Source: Leucoraja erinacea (lineage: Eukaryota). From it: a DNA stretch of 64,000 nt. The position numbers were made by a program, and so were the translations under genes. Of the stretch, positions 24,211 through 37,674 are shown piece by piece. The stretch is taken from assembly GCF_028641065.1 (NCBI RefSeq), contig NC_073386.1:57412001-57476000 (forward strand). The letters are read 5' to 3'. The notes beneath the pieces are model-generated. The model ran no database searches. It worked only from the letters and a program-made list of their open reading frames with translations, and was not told the origin of the DNA. The number at the start of each line of letters is the position of its first letter. The first letter of the stretch is position 1.

Positions 24211-25057
24211 TCCTGGTGACTTACGTTACTCTTCTTGGGGACTAGAATGGAAGTTTGCTTGATGCAGAAGGGGACAGAAGAGTGTTGAAGAAAGAGGTTT
24301 GTCTGAGCTTGCCAGATTACAAACAGCCGACTGCCGTATAGCCTGTACAGAAGAATGAACAAGTGTGTCGGGATGGAGTTAATGGTGCCACGCTGAAGCA
24401 GTCAACCTCCGCCATATGGGCCCTCGCATTACCAACATGCCACCTATCCAGTCTATGAACAGTCCTCAGGAACGGACCACCGCTGAATCTGGGGAAGACC
24501 CGTATATAGAATTTATTTCCATGACCTATGTGGAGGTCACTGTTGCTATATAGTCAGTCACACCGCGTGGAAACAGGCCCTTAAAACAATGTCCTCTGAT
24601 TCTTGATTCTGTACTCTGGGCAAGAGACTTTGACACTACCCAAACTATTCCCCTGAAGATTTTGTACACCTTTAAGATCACCCCTCATCTCCAGTGCTCC
24701 AAGGAATATGGTCCTAGCCTGGTCAACCTCTCCCTAGAGCTCAGGCCCTTGAGTCTTGGTGTACTGATAGAAAATCGATGGGCTGGCTAGTTGAGAGAAG
24801 ATGCAATGAGCTTTTTAGGTTCAGGTTCATTATTGTGACATGTCCAGTGAAAGGTTTTGCTTTGTATGCTATCCACACAGATCAGATCATGCTGTATATT
24901 TATACAACCAAGTCAAACAGTGCAATAGGTAGAGCAAAGGGGAAGATACAGAGTGCAGAATATTGTTTCGCACCAGTTACAGAGGCAAAATCTAATGTCC
25001 GCAATGGGGTAGAGGTGAATTGGACAGTACCCTAGCTTATGGAAGGACCATTCAGAA

Positions 25058-25785
25058 GTCAAGTTACAGGTTTGTTTATTGTCACATGGACCAATTAAGG
25101 TACAGTGAAATTCAGATGGCCATACACTCATACTAATAAAGAGCAACAAGACACCCAAATCATATTTTAACATAAACATCCACCACAGTGATCCCCCCAC
25201 ATTCCTCACTGTGATGGAAGGCAAAGAAAATTCAATTTCTTCCCTTCTTTGTTCTCCCACGGACAGGGCGCTTGAGCCTTCCGGTGTCGGGCGATCCCGC
25301 AGCCGGTGTTTGGGCCCTCCGCATTGGAGCAATCAAGCTCCTGCATCATGGGATCACAGCTCCCCGCGCTGGGTGATCGGACCCCGGGTCAGGGCTGGTC
25401 CAACCTCCTGCGGTTTGGAGCTCCCGACATCAGTCTCTACCCGTGACTGCGAGCTCCTTGATGTTGCAATCTGCAGGCCACAGTTAGAGTTTCGATCCCA
25501 GGCAAGGGATCGCAGGCTCCGATGGTAAGTCCACGGCCCCGCGGTGGGGCCCAAAGTCAGTCCCGAACAAGGCCTCCAGCCCCATGATGTTAGGCTGCAG
25601 AGAGACCGGAGATACGATCGCATCTCCGGCAAGGTAAGAGATTGAGAAGAAGTTCCCCCCCACCCCCCCACGTAAAACAAAGCAGAGAAAACTAAAACAT
25701 ACTCTTTAGCACGTACTGAAAATAACAAAACAGAAGAAAGGACAGACAGACTGTCGGCGAGGCTGCCACTGCCGGCGCCACCCGC
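25058..25785 (-). mobile_element. GC-rich non-autonomous retroposon with LINE-type aataaa/(TTGAC) tail
   Basis: Tail aagtcaagttacaggtttgtttattgtcac. A related sequence lies at 28085-28495 in the opposite orientation (shared gctgggtgatcggaccccgggtcagggct). Confidence 0.55.
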
Positions 25786-26563
25786 CATCTGCAGGTTATT
25801 CTGAGATTTGTTGAAAATAAGCAATTTTAGGATTTAAATGTTTTTAAATCAGACACTCGAATAATTATGCTCTGGTTTGAAGAAACAAAGGAGTACAGAT
25901 GCTGGTTTACATGGAAGATAGACACAAAGTGCTGGAGCAACTCAGTGGATCAGGCAACGTCTCTGGAGAAAAAGGATGGGTGACCTTCTGGTTGGACCCC
26001 TTCTTCAGACTGTTCCATTGAGAATAGAAGTTACGGATGCTCAGTGGAAAAGAGTTTCAAACCGGGCCTTAAATGTGCCAAAGGGCATATAATATGTAAC
26101 ACTGAACTGGCTGCACAGTCAATTCATTCATCCTAAAATGATGAGTCGCCCAAATGCTACTGAACATAATTTAAAGAGATTACACTTTAATGACCAAACA
26201 GGTCCTAAACCCCAAAAGCCACGAAACTAATGATAATTTGAGACTCCACTATAAAAATGATTAGCACACATGGCTATGTAATTTAGAGAAATACAATTAC
26301 CAAGAGCACTTCCAGAACAAATGCAGGCAGACAGTCATTATTTTGGGTAATAGTTTAAACTGGGCCCGAGCCAATTCCAAGTCGATCTCTAATTTAATCA
26401 TCAAGGCTACAAACATTCAAGCTTCAAGGTCTCAAAAACACCAGACATTTCTCTAAGATTAAGACAGCAATCAAATCATTGCTTGGCTCCCTAGAATTGG
26501 TAGGATAGGCCAGGTGTAGAGGGATATGGACCAAACACAGGCAGGTGGGACTACTAGTGCAGA

Positions 26564-27038
26564 TAGGGTCGCCAACTTTCTCACTCCCAAATAAGGGACA
26601 AAAGGGGACAAAATTCCCAACGGCAATTCATTGACCGACTCGGCCGTGGCTGGGTGAATGATGAGTTGGCCCGGGTGTTGGACTGAACGCAACGTCCAGC
26701 CGGCGGCCCAGCTGAGGAGTTGCTGCTGAGGGATCACATGATGTTCGGCCGTGAGAAGGAGGGGTGGTGGTGTCGGCGGTAAGCGAAGGTCTGAAGGTCG
26801 GACAGCTGGCCGGGCTGCTGACCGACGGGGCCACGGGCGAGGCTCTGCTGCTGCACTCCATGGGCTGCACTACGTCGGGGCGGGTGAGGCAGGGCCGGAT
26901 GCAGCGCTCTGACCCGACGGTCCCCTCGACCCAAGTAGTAGCGGTCAAATACGGGACAAGGGCGGTCCCGGATGGGACAAACTAATTTAGCCCAATATAC
27001 GGGATGTCCTGGCTAAAACGGAACAGTTGGCAACCCTA
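26564..27038. mobile_element. hAT (Blackjack-like) non-autonomous DNA transposon
   Basis: TIR TAGGGTCGCCAACT...AGTTGGCAACCCTA, subterminal GGGACA repeats, imperfect 8-bp TSD (agtgcaga/tgtacaga); inserted in a LINE/SINE tail. Confidence 0.8.
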
Positions 27039-28509
27039 TGTACAGATGGGACATGTTGGTCGGTGTTGGCAAGTTGGGCCTAAGGCCTGTTTCCATGCTG
27101 TAAGACATGCCTCTAATTACTACAGGCTATGAGTCGATGTAGCGGTCTAATTAATATGTTTCCAAACTTCTTTTTCACCACACCTGTTCCGAACAATACA
27201 ACGGACCATTTGACCACGCAGGAGGGTTATTTGGTCAGAGACAACAAGAGAAAAGATCCATCACCAGGAATTGTGCAGAACAATGGCCATCCCTCTCCAC
27301 TCTCTCTTCCATCCACATCGTACTTTCCAGCTCAAATCTATTCAACACAGACATATTCTTTTCATCCTTGAGCAGTTCATAAGTTCAAGGAGCAGAATTA
27401 GACCATTCGGCCTATCAAGTCGACTCCGCCATCTATCTTCCCCTCTCAATCCCATTCTCCTGCCTTCTCCCCATAACCTCTGACACCCGTACTAATCAAA
27501 AATCTGTCAATCTGCACCTTAAAAATATCCATTGACTTGCCCTCCACAGCCGTCTATGGCAAAGAATTCCACATAATCACCACCCTCTGACTAAAGAAAT
27601 TCCGACTCGTCTTCCTAAAGGTACGTCCTTTTATTCTGAGGCTATGGCCCTAGACTCTCCCACTAGCGGAAACATCCTCTCCACGTCCACTCTATCCAGG
27701 CCTTTCATTATTCAGTACGTTTCAATGAGGTCCCCCTCATTCTTCTAAACTCTAGCGAGTACAGGCCCAGTGCCTTCAAATGCTCATCATATGTTATATG
27801 ACACAATGGGCGTAATGGCCTAATTTTGCACCAGTGACTTATAAACATTGTAAACATTATAAACATAAACAGATGAACATTGTCTTCCTTATAAATCTAA
27901 TTTGCAGTTCCATGTTCCTCCATCTATCACTTGCCAGACTTTGTCCCCCCCCACACCTCTCTTCCAGCTTTCTCCCCCTATTACAGTCAGTCTGAGGAGG
28001 ATCCCAGCCCAAAATGTGGTCCATCCATTTCCCCACACAGACACTGCCTGAACCACTGAATTTTGTAGTGGAATGCAATTTCATCATCGAGGAGCTCGCA
28101 GTCTCAGGTAGAGACTTATGTCGGGAAGCTCCAGAGTCGCAGGAGGTTAGACTAGCCCTGACCCGGGGTCCGATTGCCCGGCGCGGGGGAGCTGAGATCC
28201 CCCCTGATGCGGGAGCTTGATCGTCCCGATGCGGAGGGCTCGACCGCTGGCTAAATGAGTCAAGATCGCCCCGACAACAGAAGGCTCGAGGCCCACGACC
28301 GCGGGAGAACAAAGGCAAGTGAGGAATGCCACCACAGTGAGGAATGTGGAGGAGTCACTGTGGTGGATATTTATGTTAAAATGTATTTTGTGTGTTCTGT
28401 TGCTTTTTATTTGTATGGCTGTGTAGCAAATCAAATTCCTCGTATGCTGCAAAACATACTTGGCTAATATAGTATGATTGTGATTATGAATTTGATAACA
28501 CACACTTTT

Positions 28510-28960
28510 AAATATGCCTGAGAGAAGTTGATACCTGGAACAGCGGATACAGTAGATGAGGTTGGAGGAAGTTCAAGTGAACCTCTGCCTCACCTGGAAA
28601 GACTGTTTTGGTCCGTGGATGGAATCGAGGGGGGAGGTAAAGGGACAGATGTAGCATTTTCTGCGGTTGCAGGGTAAAGTACCTGGGGAAGGGGTGGTTT
28701 GGGTGGGAAGGGACGAGTTGACCAGGGAGTTATGGAGGGAACGGCCTCTGCGTAAAGCAGAAAGGGGTGGAGATGGGAAGATGTGGCCAGTAGTGGGATC
28801 CCGTTGGAGGTGGGGAAAATGTCAGAGGATTATATGCTGCATGTGACGGCTGATGGGGTGGAAGGTGAGGACAAGGGGGACTCTGTCCTTGTTATGAATA
28901 GCGGAGGGGGAGTATGGGCGGAGCTGTGGGATATCGAGGAGACCCTAGTGAGAGCCTTAA
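28510..28960 (-). mobile_element. Penelope-like element fragment (region leading into the GIY-YIG domain)
   Basis: Reverse-complement homologue of 35594-35800 (CNRRKC..C...GPKQSFQV..FTCTSSNLIYCIRC). Confidence 0.8.
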
Positions 28961-29059
28961 ACACGTTTTGTTTTTAAACATGCCAATAATGCTTCATTAT
29001 TTCAGCAGGGCACCAAACTAATTTTGATCACTAATTACCCATCACCAGCTTAGTTTACA

Positions 29060-32000
29060 GCTAGAGCATAGAAACAGGCCCTTCTCCAACCGAGCCCATA
29101 CTGACCAATGATCACCCGTACACTAGTGCTATCCCACACACTGGGGGAAACTGACGGAAGTCAATTAACCGACAAACCGGCACGTCTTTGAGGAAACCGG
29201 GGCACCTGGAGAAAACCCACGCGGTCACGGGGAGAACGTACAAACTCCATACAGACAGCGCTCGTAGTCAGGATCGAACCAGTGAGTGTGGCGCTGTGAG
29301 GCAGTAGCTCTACCGCTGCGCCACCGTGCCGCACTTAATCTCCAGCACCATGAGATATAGGGCTGCCCCTAACATAGCAGGATTTCTTCACATCGAGACC
29401 AGGATTCAGGAGACCACTCACTTCATGCTGACTTGAGTTCACATAAAGTGCAGATTTTACTCAGTCGAGTATTTCTTAGTTTAGTTTAGTTTAGAGATAC
29501 AGCACGGAAACAGGCCCTTCGGCCCACCGGGACCACGCCGACCAGCGATCCTCGCACATTAACACTATCCTACACCCACTAGGGACAATCTTTACATTTA
29601 CCAAACCAATTAACCTACAAACCTGTATGTCTTTGGAGTGTGGGAGGAAACCAAAGATCTCGGAGAAAACCCAGGTGGGTCACGGGGAGAACGTCCAATC
29701 TCCGTACAGACAGCGCCCATAGTCGGGATCGAACCTGGGACTCCGGCGCTGCATTCGCTGTAAGGCAGCAACTCTACCGCTGCCTTACTAACACTAACGT
29801 GCCTCAATTTCATCTCAGCATTTTATTATTTATTTCCAGTATCAGCAATGGTCTTGTGCTCACACTTATACTTATCAAAACTCTATAAAAATAGCGCATT
29901 AGTCATTGTACCACAAAATCAGAGGATCTGCACAAAAAACTCTGTCTGCAGATAAACCAAGATAGGTTGTTACTTTAGGGTTTTACATTTCCATTACAAA
30001 GTAATTTAGTTTAGTTTCGAGGTACAATATTGAAACAGGCCACTCGCCCCATAGAGTCTGTGCCGACCAGCGATCACACCGTCCACTAGCACTATCCCAT
30101 ACACAAGGGATGATTTACAATTTTTACTGATGCCAACTAACCTACAAACCTGCACGTCTTTGGAGTGTGGGAGGAAACCAGAGCTCCCGGAGAATTACCC
30201 ATGCGGTCAAACTCCGTACAGACAGCACCTGAGGTCTGGATGGAACCCGGGTCTCTGGTGCTGTGAGATAGCAATACTGCTGCACCACCACAAATTGATT
30301 AAAAGTGCTTGTGTTGTTTATCTTTCATGATATCATATTTACAACGATCTGCTGCAAATGGTGTACAATTGACAGTAGTATGCTGTTCGCAACATTAAAC
30401 AGTCTTCAAAGTTTACTGCAGCCAGCTTGTGTCTTCCCAACTACTTACCCCCTCCTCCTCCTTCCTCATGCCAATGTTCCTCCCACCAGGCCCCCTGCCC
30501 TCCCACTGAACTCTGCTACAGTCTTGTTCCCCACCTACTGTACATTCCCACCCAGATTTATCCCAATAGCTCCACTTGGAACAAGACACAGACTGAAAAA
30601 CATGTGCACGTCACAGTTTGAGCGCTCTCTCCAATAACAGAACACCCAAATTCAAGACTGAATTCGAAACCCAGGCTCCCCCCAGAGATAAGAATACACA
30701 AAAACGATTCTGCTCGGATCGCTAAGATTTATTTGGATAGACTAACAATTAAAGTGGAACAGTTTTTGATTACATTCATGTACAGAATCAGGCACCGACT
30801 AACCAGAAACTCAGTTCTATTTAGTCTGAAGAAGGGTTTCAACACCTATTTCCTTCACTCCATAGATGCTTCTGCACCCGCTGAGTTTCTCCAGCATTTT
30901 TGTCTACCTCAGTTCTATTTAGTTTAGAGATACAGCGTGGAAACAGGCCCTTCGGCCCACCCAGTCCGTGCCAGCTATTGATCACCTGCACACCAGTTCA
31001 ATCCTACTCAGTAGGGACGATTTACCGAAGCCAATTAACCTACAAACATGTGCATCTTTGGAGTGTGGGAGGAAACCGGAGCACCCAGAGAAAACCCACG
31101 CGGTCACTGAGAGAAGGTACAAACTACATACAGACAGCGCCTGTAGTCTGGATCGAACCCGGGTCTCTGGTGGTGTAAGGCAGCAACTCTGTGTCACCCT
31201 CTATTGGACAGGATAAAGACTACAATGCACAAATCTAAAGAGCAGCAAAATAATTTAGTTATGGGACAATACTGGGCGGCACAGTAGCTGGTGGAGCTGC
31301 TGCCTCGTGGTGCCAGAGACCTGGGTTTGTTACTGACCTCTGGTGCTGTCCGCGTGGAGTCTGCACGTCCACCCCGTGACCACGTGGTCCGGTGCCCCCC
31401 CCCACACCCCAGAGATGTGCGTCTGAAAGTTAAATAGTCTTTGAATAGCCCTTGGTGTGCAGGGAGCAGATGTAGGAATGGAGAACAAGACTAGTGTGAA
31501 GAGATGGTAGTATTGGACACTGGGCTGAAGGCAAGTTTCCATGCTGTATCTCAAAACCAGACAATACAATAAAAAGAAAATCCTAAATTTGCTCAGTGAT
31601 AAGCAGAAGTTACAAGACAAACCTTCAGCCTACAGTTCTGGTTTGTGTTCCTGGTTGATGGATTGGAATCAAGGCAATGCTGGCTTAGGCATTCCAAGCG
31701 CAATCTGTATTGGCACAGTCCTGCCTTAACCAAGCTAGGTTGCTCTTGCTCAAATCCACCTACACAAATGGGTTCAGAGAACAAGTGAGTGCCTTCAAAA
31801 ACAAAATTCCCCACTGTCTGTGTTGATCTTGGCGCAGTGTCTCAGTCTCGTCTGCATCAGAGGAAATGGAAAGGACAGAATGATGCAGTGGGCAGGTTTA
31901 GCCACTGCTTGAGAGCAGAGAAAAAATTAACAAAATGTTGCGAAAGGGAGCAACAGATACAGTTTGAATAAGCGTGACACGCCAACATGAACAGGGCGAC

Positions 32001-33560
32001 ACGGTGGCGCAGTGGTAGAGATGCTACCTTACACTTCCATCAGAGTTGTAAGCAATTTGAGGCAGCACCTTGCTGCAGCGGTAGACTTACTGCCTCACAG
32101 CGCCAGAGACCCGGGTTCGATCCTGACTACGGGTGCTGTCTGTACAGAGTTTGTACATTCCCCCTGTGACCATGGGGGTTTCCTCCAGGTGCTCCGGCTT
32201 CCTCCCACACTCCAAAGACGTGCAGGTTCGTAGGTTAATTGGCTTGGTATAAATGTTAATTGTCCCTAGTGTGTGTAGGGTAGTGTTAATGTGCGGGGAT
32301 CATTGCTCTGTGTGGACTCAGTGGGTCGATGGGCCACACTGTATCTCTAAATTAAATTAAACCAAATCTTATCAGCTCTCTTGTGTAGGAAGGAACTGCA
32401 GATGCTGCTTTGCACCGAAGATAGACACAAAATGCTGGAGTAACTCAGCGGGACAGGCAGCGTCTATGTAGATTACTCCAGTTTTTTGTGTCTATCTTCT
32501 CTGCACCCCTTGCAGCTGACCAATAGCAGGGTGAACAAAACTGAACACAATACTCCAAATGTGGCCTCCAATAAGATTTCTTCTAACCACTTTAGTAATA
32601 TCCTTGGTTACAACTACCAGAGTGCATTTACGAAGATAGAATAAACCCCTGGATCTAGTTTCTAGTTCAGAGATTCGGTGCAGAAACAGGCCCTTCGGCC
32701 CACCGAGTCTGTACCGACCAGCGATCCCCGCACATTAACACTACCCTACACACCACTCGGGACAATTTACATTTACACCAAGCCAATTAACCTACAAACC
32801 TGTACGTCTTTGGTGTGGGAGGAAACCGAAGATCTCGGAAAAAACCCACGCAGGTCACGGGGAGAACGTACAAACTCCGTACAGACAGCGCCCGTAGTCA
32901 AGATCGAACCTGGGTCTCTGGCGCTGTGAGGCAGCAACTCTACCGCTGCGCCACCGTGCCACACTAGATCAATAAAGGAATATATTTTTGCTTGCTGCAT
33001 TCAGTGCAACCACATGGAGCAGGGACACAACTTTTGGCAAGAGTTTGTAAACTGCAAATTAGAAAACGTCATCTCCAGTCAGTTCTAATCAAGAACTAAA
33101 AGTACTTCCTCTTGTTCCACAGGGCGGGTCTCCGCCCATATTGTTTATTGAAAGATTTTGACAGCTTATTCCTTTTTAAAAGGTGCCCTTCAAATCAATT
33201 CTCTCTAGATTGCAGTATTATTTTTCCACAACTCATCATTAACACTTTAATTTAGTTTAGTTTAGAGTTACAGCTCTGAAACAGGCCGTTCAGCCCATCG
33301 AGTCCACACCGACCAGCGATCCCCGCACATTAACACTCTCCCACACACACGAGAGACATTTTTTTTACATTTACACCAAACCAATTAACCTAGAAACCCG
33401 TACGTCTTTGGAGTGTGGGAGGAAACTGAAGATCTCGGTGAAAACCCACGCAGGTCACGGGGAGAACGTACACACTCCGTACAGACAGCACCCGTTGTCA
33501 GGATGGAACCTAGGTCTCCGGTGCTGTAAGGCAGTAACTCTACTGCTGCGCCACTGTGCT
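29060..33560. mobile_element. Cluster of about 8 V-SINEs (29060-, 29480-, 30005-, 30920-, 31273+, 31993+, 32660-, 33250-)
   Basis: Repeated tRNA head, V core and (AAACT)n tail in both orientations. Confidence 0.85.
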
Positions 33561-34029
33561 GCACCACATCCTTTACTCCTAAACACTTATTCAATTCTTG
33601 ATTTCTCTCCCACACACAGACGCATTACAAAACAAAACAGTGAGTGATGAGTGTTTGAAGAGGCACCAGGAATCAAACAAATTCAGACCGTCCTGGACAA
33701 ATATAGATTACAGACTTCTGCCTCTGTGATTTTATCTGCATCTCCTGTTTATGACAATTACTTATTTATCTAACACTCCCTCGTGTCAAAGGAAATCCTG
33801 AGGTAATTGTTTGCAGTTGGGGGACCAAACAGACTTCGGATGGTCCATAAGGAAAACCACAGTTCCCAGCTAATATTTCATTTGCAAGTACAGGCTGTCA
33901 ACATTTGTAGGGCCTTGTCAGGCAAGGTTTCCACGCCAAACTTCCCTGCAAAATCGCTGCAGATTTTGTCAACCACTAAGTTTCTGCATACTATATATAT
34001 AGTTCCATAGTGCTCTATTTGTCACAGGT

Positions 34030-34515
34030 CATAAGGTCAGAAGTGATTGGAGCAGAATTAGGCTATTCAGCCCATTGCCTACTCCGCCATTCAATCAAGG
34101 CTGATCTATCTCTCCCTCCTAACCCCATTCTCCTGCTTTCTCCCCATAACCTCTGACTCTGTATGAATCAACAATCTATCTATCTCTGCCTTAAAAATAT
34201 CCATTCACTTGACCACCGCAGCCTTCTGTGGCAATGAATTCCACAGACTTTCTCCCCACACCCTCTGACTAAAGAGATTCCATCACATCCCTTCCTAAAG
34301 GAACATCCTTTCTGAGGCTATGACCTCTAGTCCAGGACTCTCCCACTAATGGAAACATCCTCTCCACATCCACTCTATCCAAGCCTTTCACTATTCGGTA
34401 AGTTTCAATGAGGTCCCCGCTCATTCTTCTAAACTCCAGCGAGTACAGGACCAGTGCGGACAAAAGCTCATCATATGTTAACCCACTCATTGTTGGGATC
34501 ATTCTGGTAAACACC
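34030..34515 (-). mobile_element. CR1 3' fragment
   Basis: FTRMIPTMSGLTY..LYSLEFRRMSGDLIETY ORF remnant. Confidence 0.85.
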
Positions 34516-34885
34516 TTCCTCCGTTGCCTTTGACCGGCTCAGCCCGTAAACTGATCTGTGAAGCAATGCACGAGAAGGTGGCAGAGGCATTTACTCAAAG
34601 AGAATCAAAACAGCATCAATTAAACATTTAGTAGGATCCAACTTGGTCTTATTTCCCAAGCTTGTTGAGTTACTTGGTACTCGAACTGAATGATGATAAA
34701 TTATTTTTATTTATGAGACAGTTTTATTTTTTGGAAGACATTACCTTTATCCATGCTCACCAATATTTACACTGCTGTCGGTGTTCTAACAGTTTGACAT
34801 TTGATAGCGTGTGGCAAGTACATTGATTTGTACTTGTTTCGTTCCATTGTACAAAGTAATTACCTTTATTAACTTTAATTAACTT

Positions 34886-35080
34886 TCTACTCCCCCCGGG
34901 CCCACCGCGGCGCGCCTGTGCAGTGCGCTCCCAGCCCGTCATCCACGCCTGCGCAGTGCGCTCCCAGCCCGTCATCCGCGCCTGCGCAGTTGGGGGAGGG
35001 TTGCCGGGCCCGCCGCCATTTTCAGATCACCATTTTGACCGGCGTCACAAGGGAGACCCAACGGGTCCCACTTAGTCTAG
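34886..35080 (+). mobile_element. Short Helitron-like element or Helitron 3' end
   Basis: Hairpin GACCC-AAC-GGGTC (35055-35067), then terminal CTAG (35077-35080) followed by T; candidate 5' TCTAC at 34886; internal 31-bp CpG-rich duplication. Confidence 0.6.
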
Positions 35081-35897
35081 TAAATACTAAAAGTCTAGAA
35101 GTTATTGGATGGCAGATGTTTATGGCATAGGTTGACTATTGAATGGAAAACAGTGAGATTCAGTCTTGCCTCCTAATACCAGTTGTACCTTGACCGTCTA
35201 GTTTATTGTCACGTGTACTGAGGTACAGTGAAAAGCTTTTGTTGCGTGCTATCCAGTCAGCGGAAAGAAAATACATGATTACAAGCAAGCCACTTATAGT
35301 GTATAGATACATGATAAGGGAACAACATTTAGTGCAAGGTAAAGCCAGCAAAGTCTGATCAAAGATAGTCCGAGGGCCTCCAGTGAAGTAGATAGTAGTT
35401 CAGCACTGCTCTCTGGTTGTGGTAAGATGGTTCAGATACCTGATAACAGCTGGGAAAAAACTGTCCCTGAATCTGGAGGTGTGTGTTTCACACTTCTGTA
35501 CCTTTTGCCTGATGGGAGGGGGGAGAAGAGGGAGTGGCCAGGGTATGACTCATCTTGATTATGCGGCTGGCCTTGCCATGAGGTGTAAATGGAGTCCCTC
35601 CGCAACTCCCTTGTCAATTCTTCCCTTCCCTCCCGTACCACCCCCTCCCCGGGCACTTTCCGTTGCAACCGCAAGAAATGCAACACCTGTCCCTTCACCT
35701 CCCCCCTCGACTCCATTCAAGGTCCCAAGCAGTCGTTCCAGGTGCAACAAAGGTTCACCTGTATCTCCTCCAACCTCATCTACTGCATCCGCTGCTCTAG
35801 ATGTCAGCTGATTTACATCGGGGAGACCAAGCGGAGGTTGGGCGATTGTTTTGCCGAACACCTCCGCTCAGTCCGCAATAACCAACCTGAACTCCCG

Positions 35898-35991
35898 TCT
35901 GAAGAAGGGTTTCGGCCCGAAACGTTGCCTATTTCCTTCGCTCCATAGATGCTGCTGCACCCGCTGAGTTTCTCCAGCTTTTCTGTGTAAC
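35898..35991 (+). mobile_element. 94-bp hammerhead-containing mini-retroposon with 12-bp TSD
   Basis: cctgaactcccg at 35886-35897 and 35992-36003 flanks tCTGAAGAaGGGT-TTCG-GCCCGAAACGTTgcc... Confidence 0.8.
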
Positions 35992-36286
35992 CCTGAACTC
36001 CCGGTGGCTCAGCACTTCAACTCCCCCTCCCATTCCCAATCCGACCTCTCTGTCCTGGGTCTCCTCCATTGCCAGAGTGAGCAACACCGGAAATTGGAGG
36101 AACAGCACCTCATATTCCGCCTGGGCAGCTTGCATCCTGATGGCATGAATGTTGAATTCTCCCAATTTTGCTAGCCCTTGCTGTCTCCTCCCCTTCCTTA
36201 ACCCTCGAGCTGTCTCCTCCCATCCCCCCGCCCTCGGGCTCCTCCTCCTCCCCTTTTTTCTTCCTTCTCCCCTCCCACCCCCCATC

Positions 36287-36320
36287 AGTCTGAAGAAGGG
36301 TTTCGGCGTGAAACGTCACC
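36287..36320 (+). ncRNA. Hammerhead motif at the native PLE 3' terminus (stem II mutated)
   Basis: agtCTGAAGAagggtttcggcgtGAAACGTCacc. Confidence 0.55.
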
Positions 36321-37674
36321 TATCTTCTTCGCTCCATAGATGCTGCAGCACCCGCTGAGTTTCTCCAGCAATTTTGTGTACCTTCAATGGAAGGGGGTTT
36401 TGTTTGTGTGAAGGTCTGGGCTGTGTCCACAATTCTCTGCAACTTTTTGTGGTCCTGGATGGAGCTGTTCCCAAACCGAGCTGTGATGCGGGCTGATCAG
36501 GGAAAGTTTCTTCTCAGCTGCTATCATGCAACTGAACCATCCTCTCACTGACCAGACTGTGGTTTTATCTACCATCTACCTGATTGGAGACCCTTTGACT
36601 ATCTTTAATCGGTCTTTATCCTGCACTAAACATTATTCCGGTTAACCTGTATCAGTACACTCTGGACAGCGTGATTGTAATCATATATATTAACTGGATA
36701 ACATGCAACAAAAACGCTTTTCACTGTACTTTAGTAACGTTCGTACACGTGACAATAATAAACTAAACTAAAGCAAATTCATTAACGAACGTAAACTGAA
36801 AACTCAAGATAGGACCACCTTAGTAAGAGAAAGCTTCCATAAAGAGGGTTATGACATCTCAGCTGTATATAGTGCAAGTAGCTCATCTCATTTCTTTGCA
36901 TATTTGGAACAAGAGATGATATTTGTAATCAAAAGATTCACACAGGTTGCACTCTACACATCAATTGATTAAAAAGATGCAGCAATGAACCAGGCCATGT
37001 GGCCCATGATGACCATCGATCACCCGTTTACACTCGTACTACAGTGTTTCATTGTCATGTGCCCAGAAACAGAACAATGAAATTCTTACTTCTATGTTCT
37101 GACACTCTCTCATCCACTCCCTACACACTAGGGGCAAGTTTACAGAGACCGATTAATCTACAAACCTGCACATCTTTGGGCTGTGGGAGGAAACCCGAGA
37201 AAACCCACGCGGTCACGGGGAGAATGGACAAACTCCGTACAGACAGCACCAGAGGTCAGGATTGAAACCGGGTCTCTGACGCTGTGAGGCAGCAACTCTA
37301 CTGCTGCACCACCGTGCCACCTTGCGATGTAAAGAATAGCCGTTCTGCATTCAATGTCACCAACCCATGAATGAAGGACATCAGGAAGAAAACATATCCA
37401 TGACAAGCCCAATGTTCAGTCAAACCTTGGTCTGGTCAGCTTGCGGCTTTAACAGTGCCTTGTGATTTAGTGGGACATGCAGTTGGCAACTCGCTGACTG
37501 TACTCCTGCTGATCCAAACGTCAACTTGTCCCGGGGAAAAATTACAAGACTATGATTGCTTTTATGCTTGAGATGGCAGCCTGATCACAAGGGTTGAGAA
37601 AGTAATATCTCCAGACCAACAGCTGACCATCTATTCCAAAACATTATGGCCAGAGGGATGAAAATCTGGCAGCT

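Larger units (their letters stand above)
35594..36383 (+). mobile_element. Penelope-like retroelement, 5'-truncated: GIY-YIG endonuclease C-terminus plus terminal hammerhead unit
   Basis: CNRKKCNTC..NLIYCIRCSRCQLIYIGETKRRLGDCFAEH..PELPVAQHFN..RKLEEQHLIFRLGSLHPDGMNVEF* (the frame is continuous once the 94-bp insert and one TSD copy are removed). Confidence 0.92.
35195..36710. mobile_element. Rex1/Babar-like LINE 3' fragments hosting a PLE insertion
   Basis: Host sequence ggtgtaaatggag|tcaatggaagg is split by the PLE at about 35594-36383. Confidence 0.75.
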
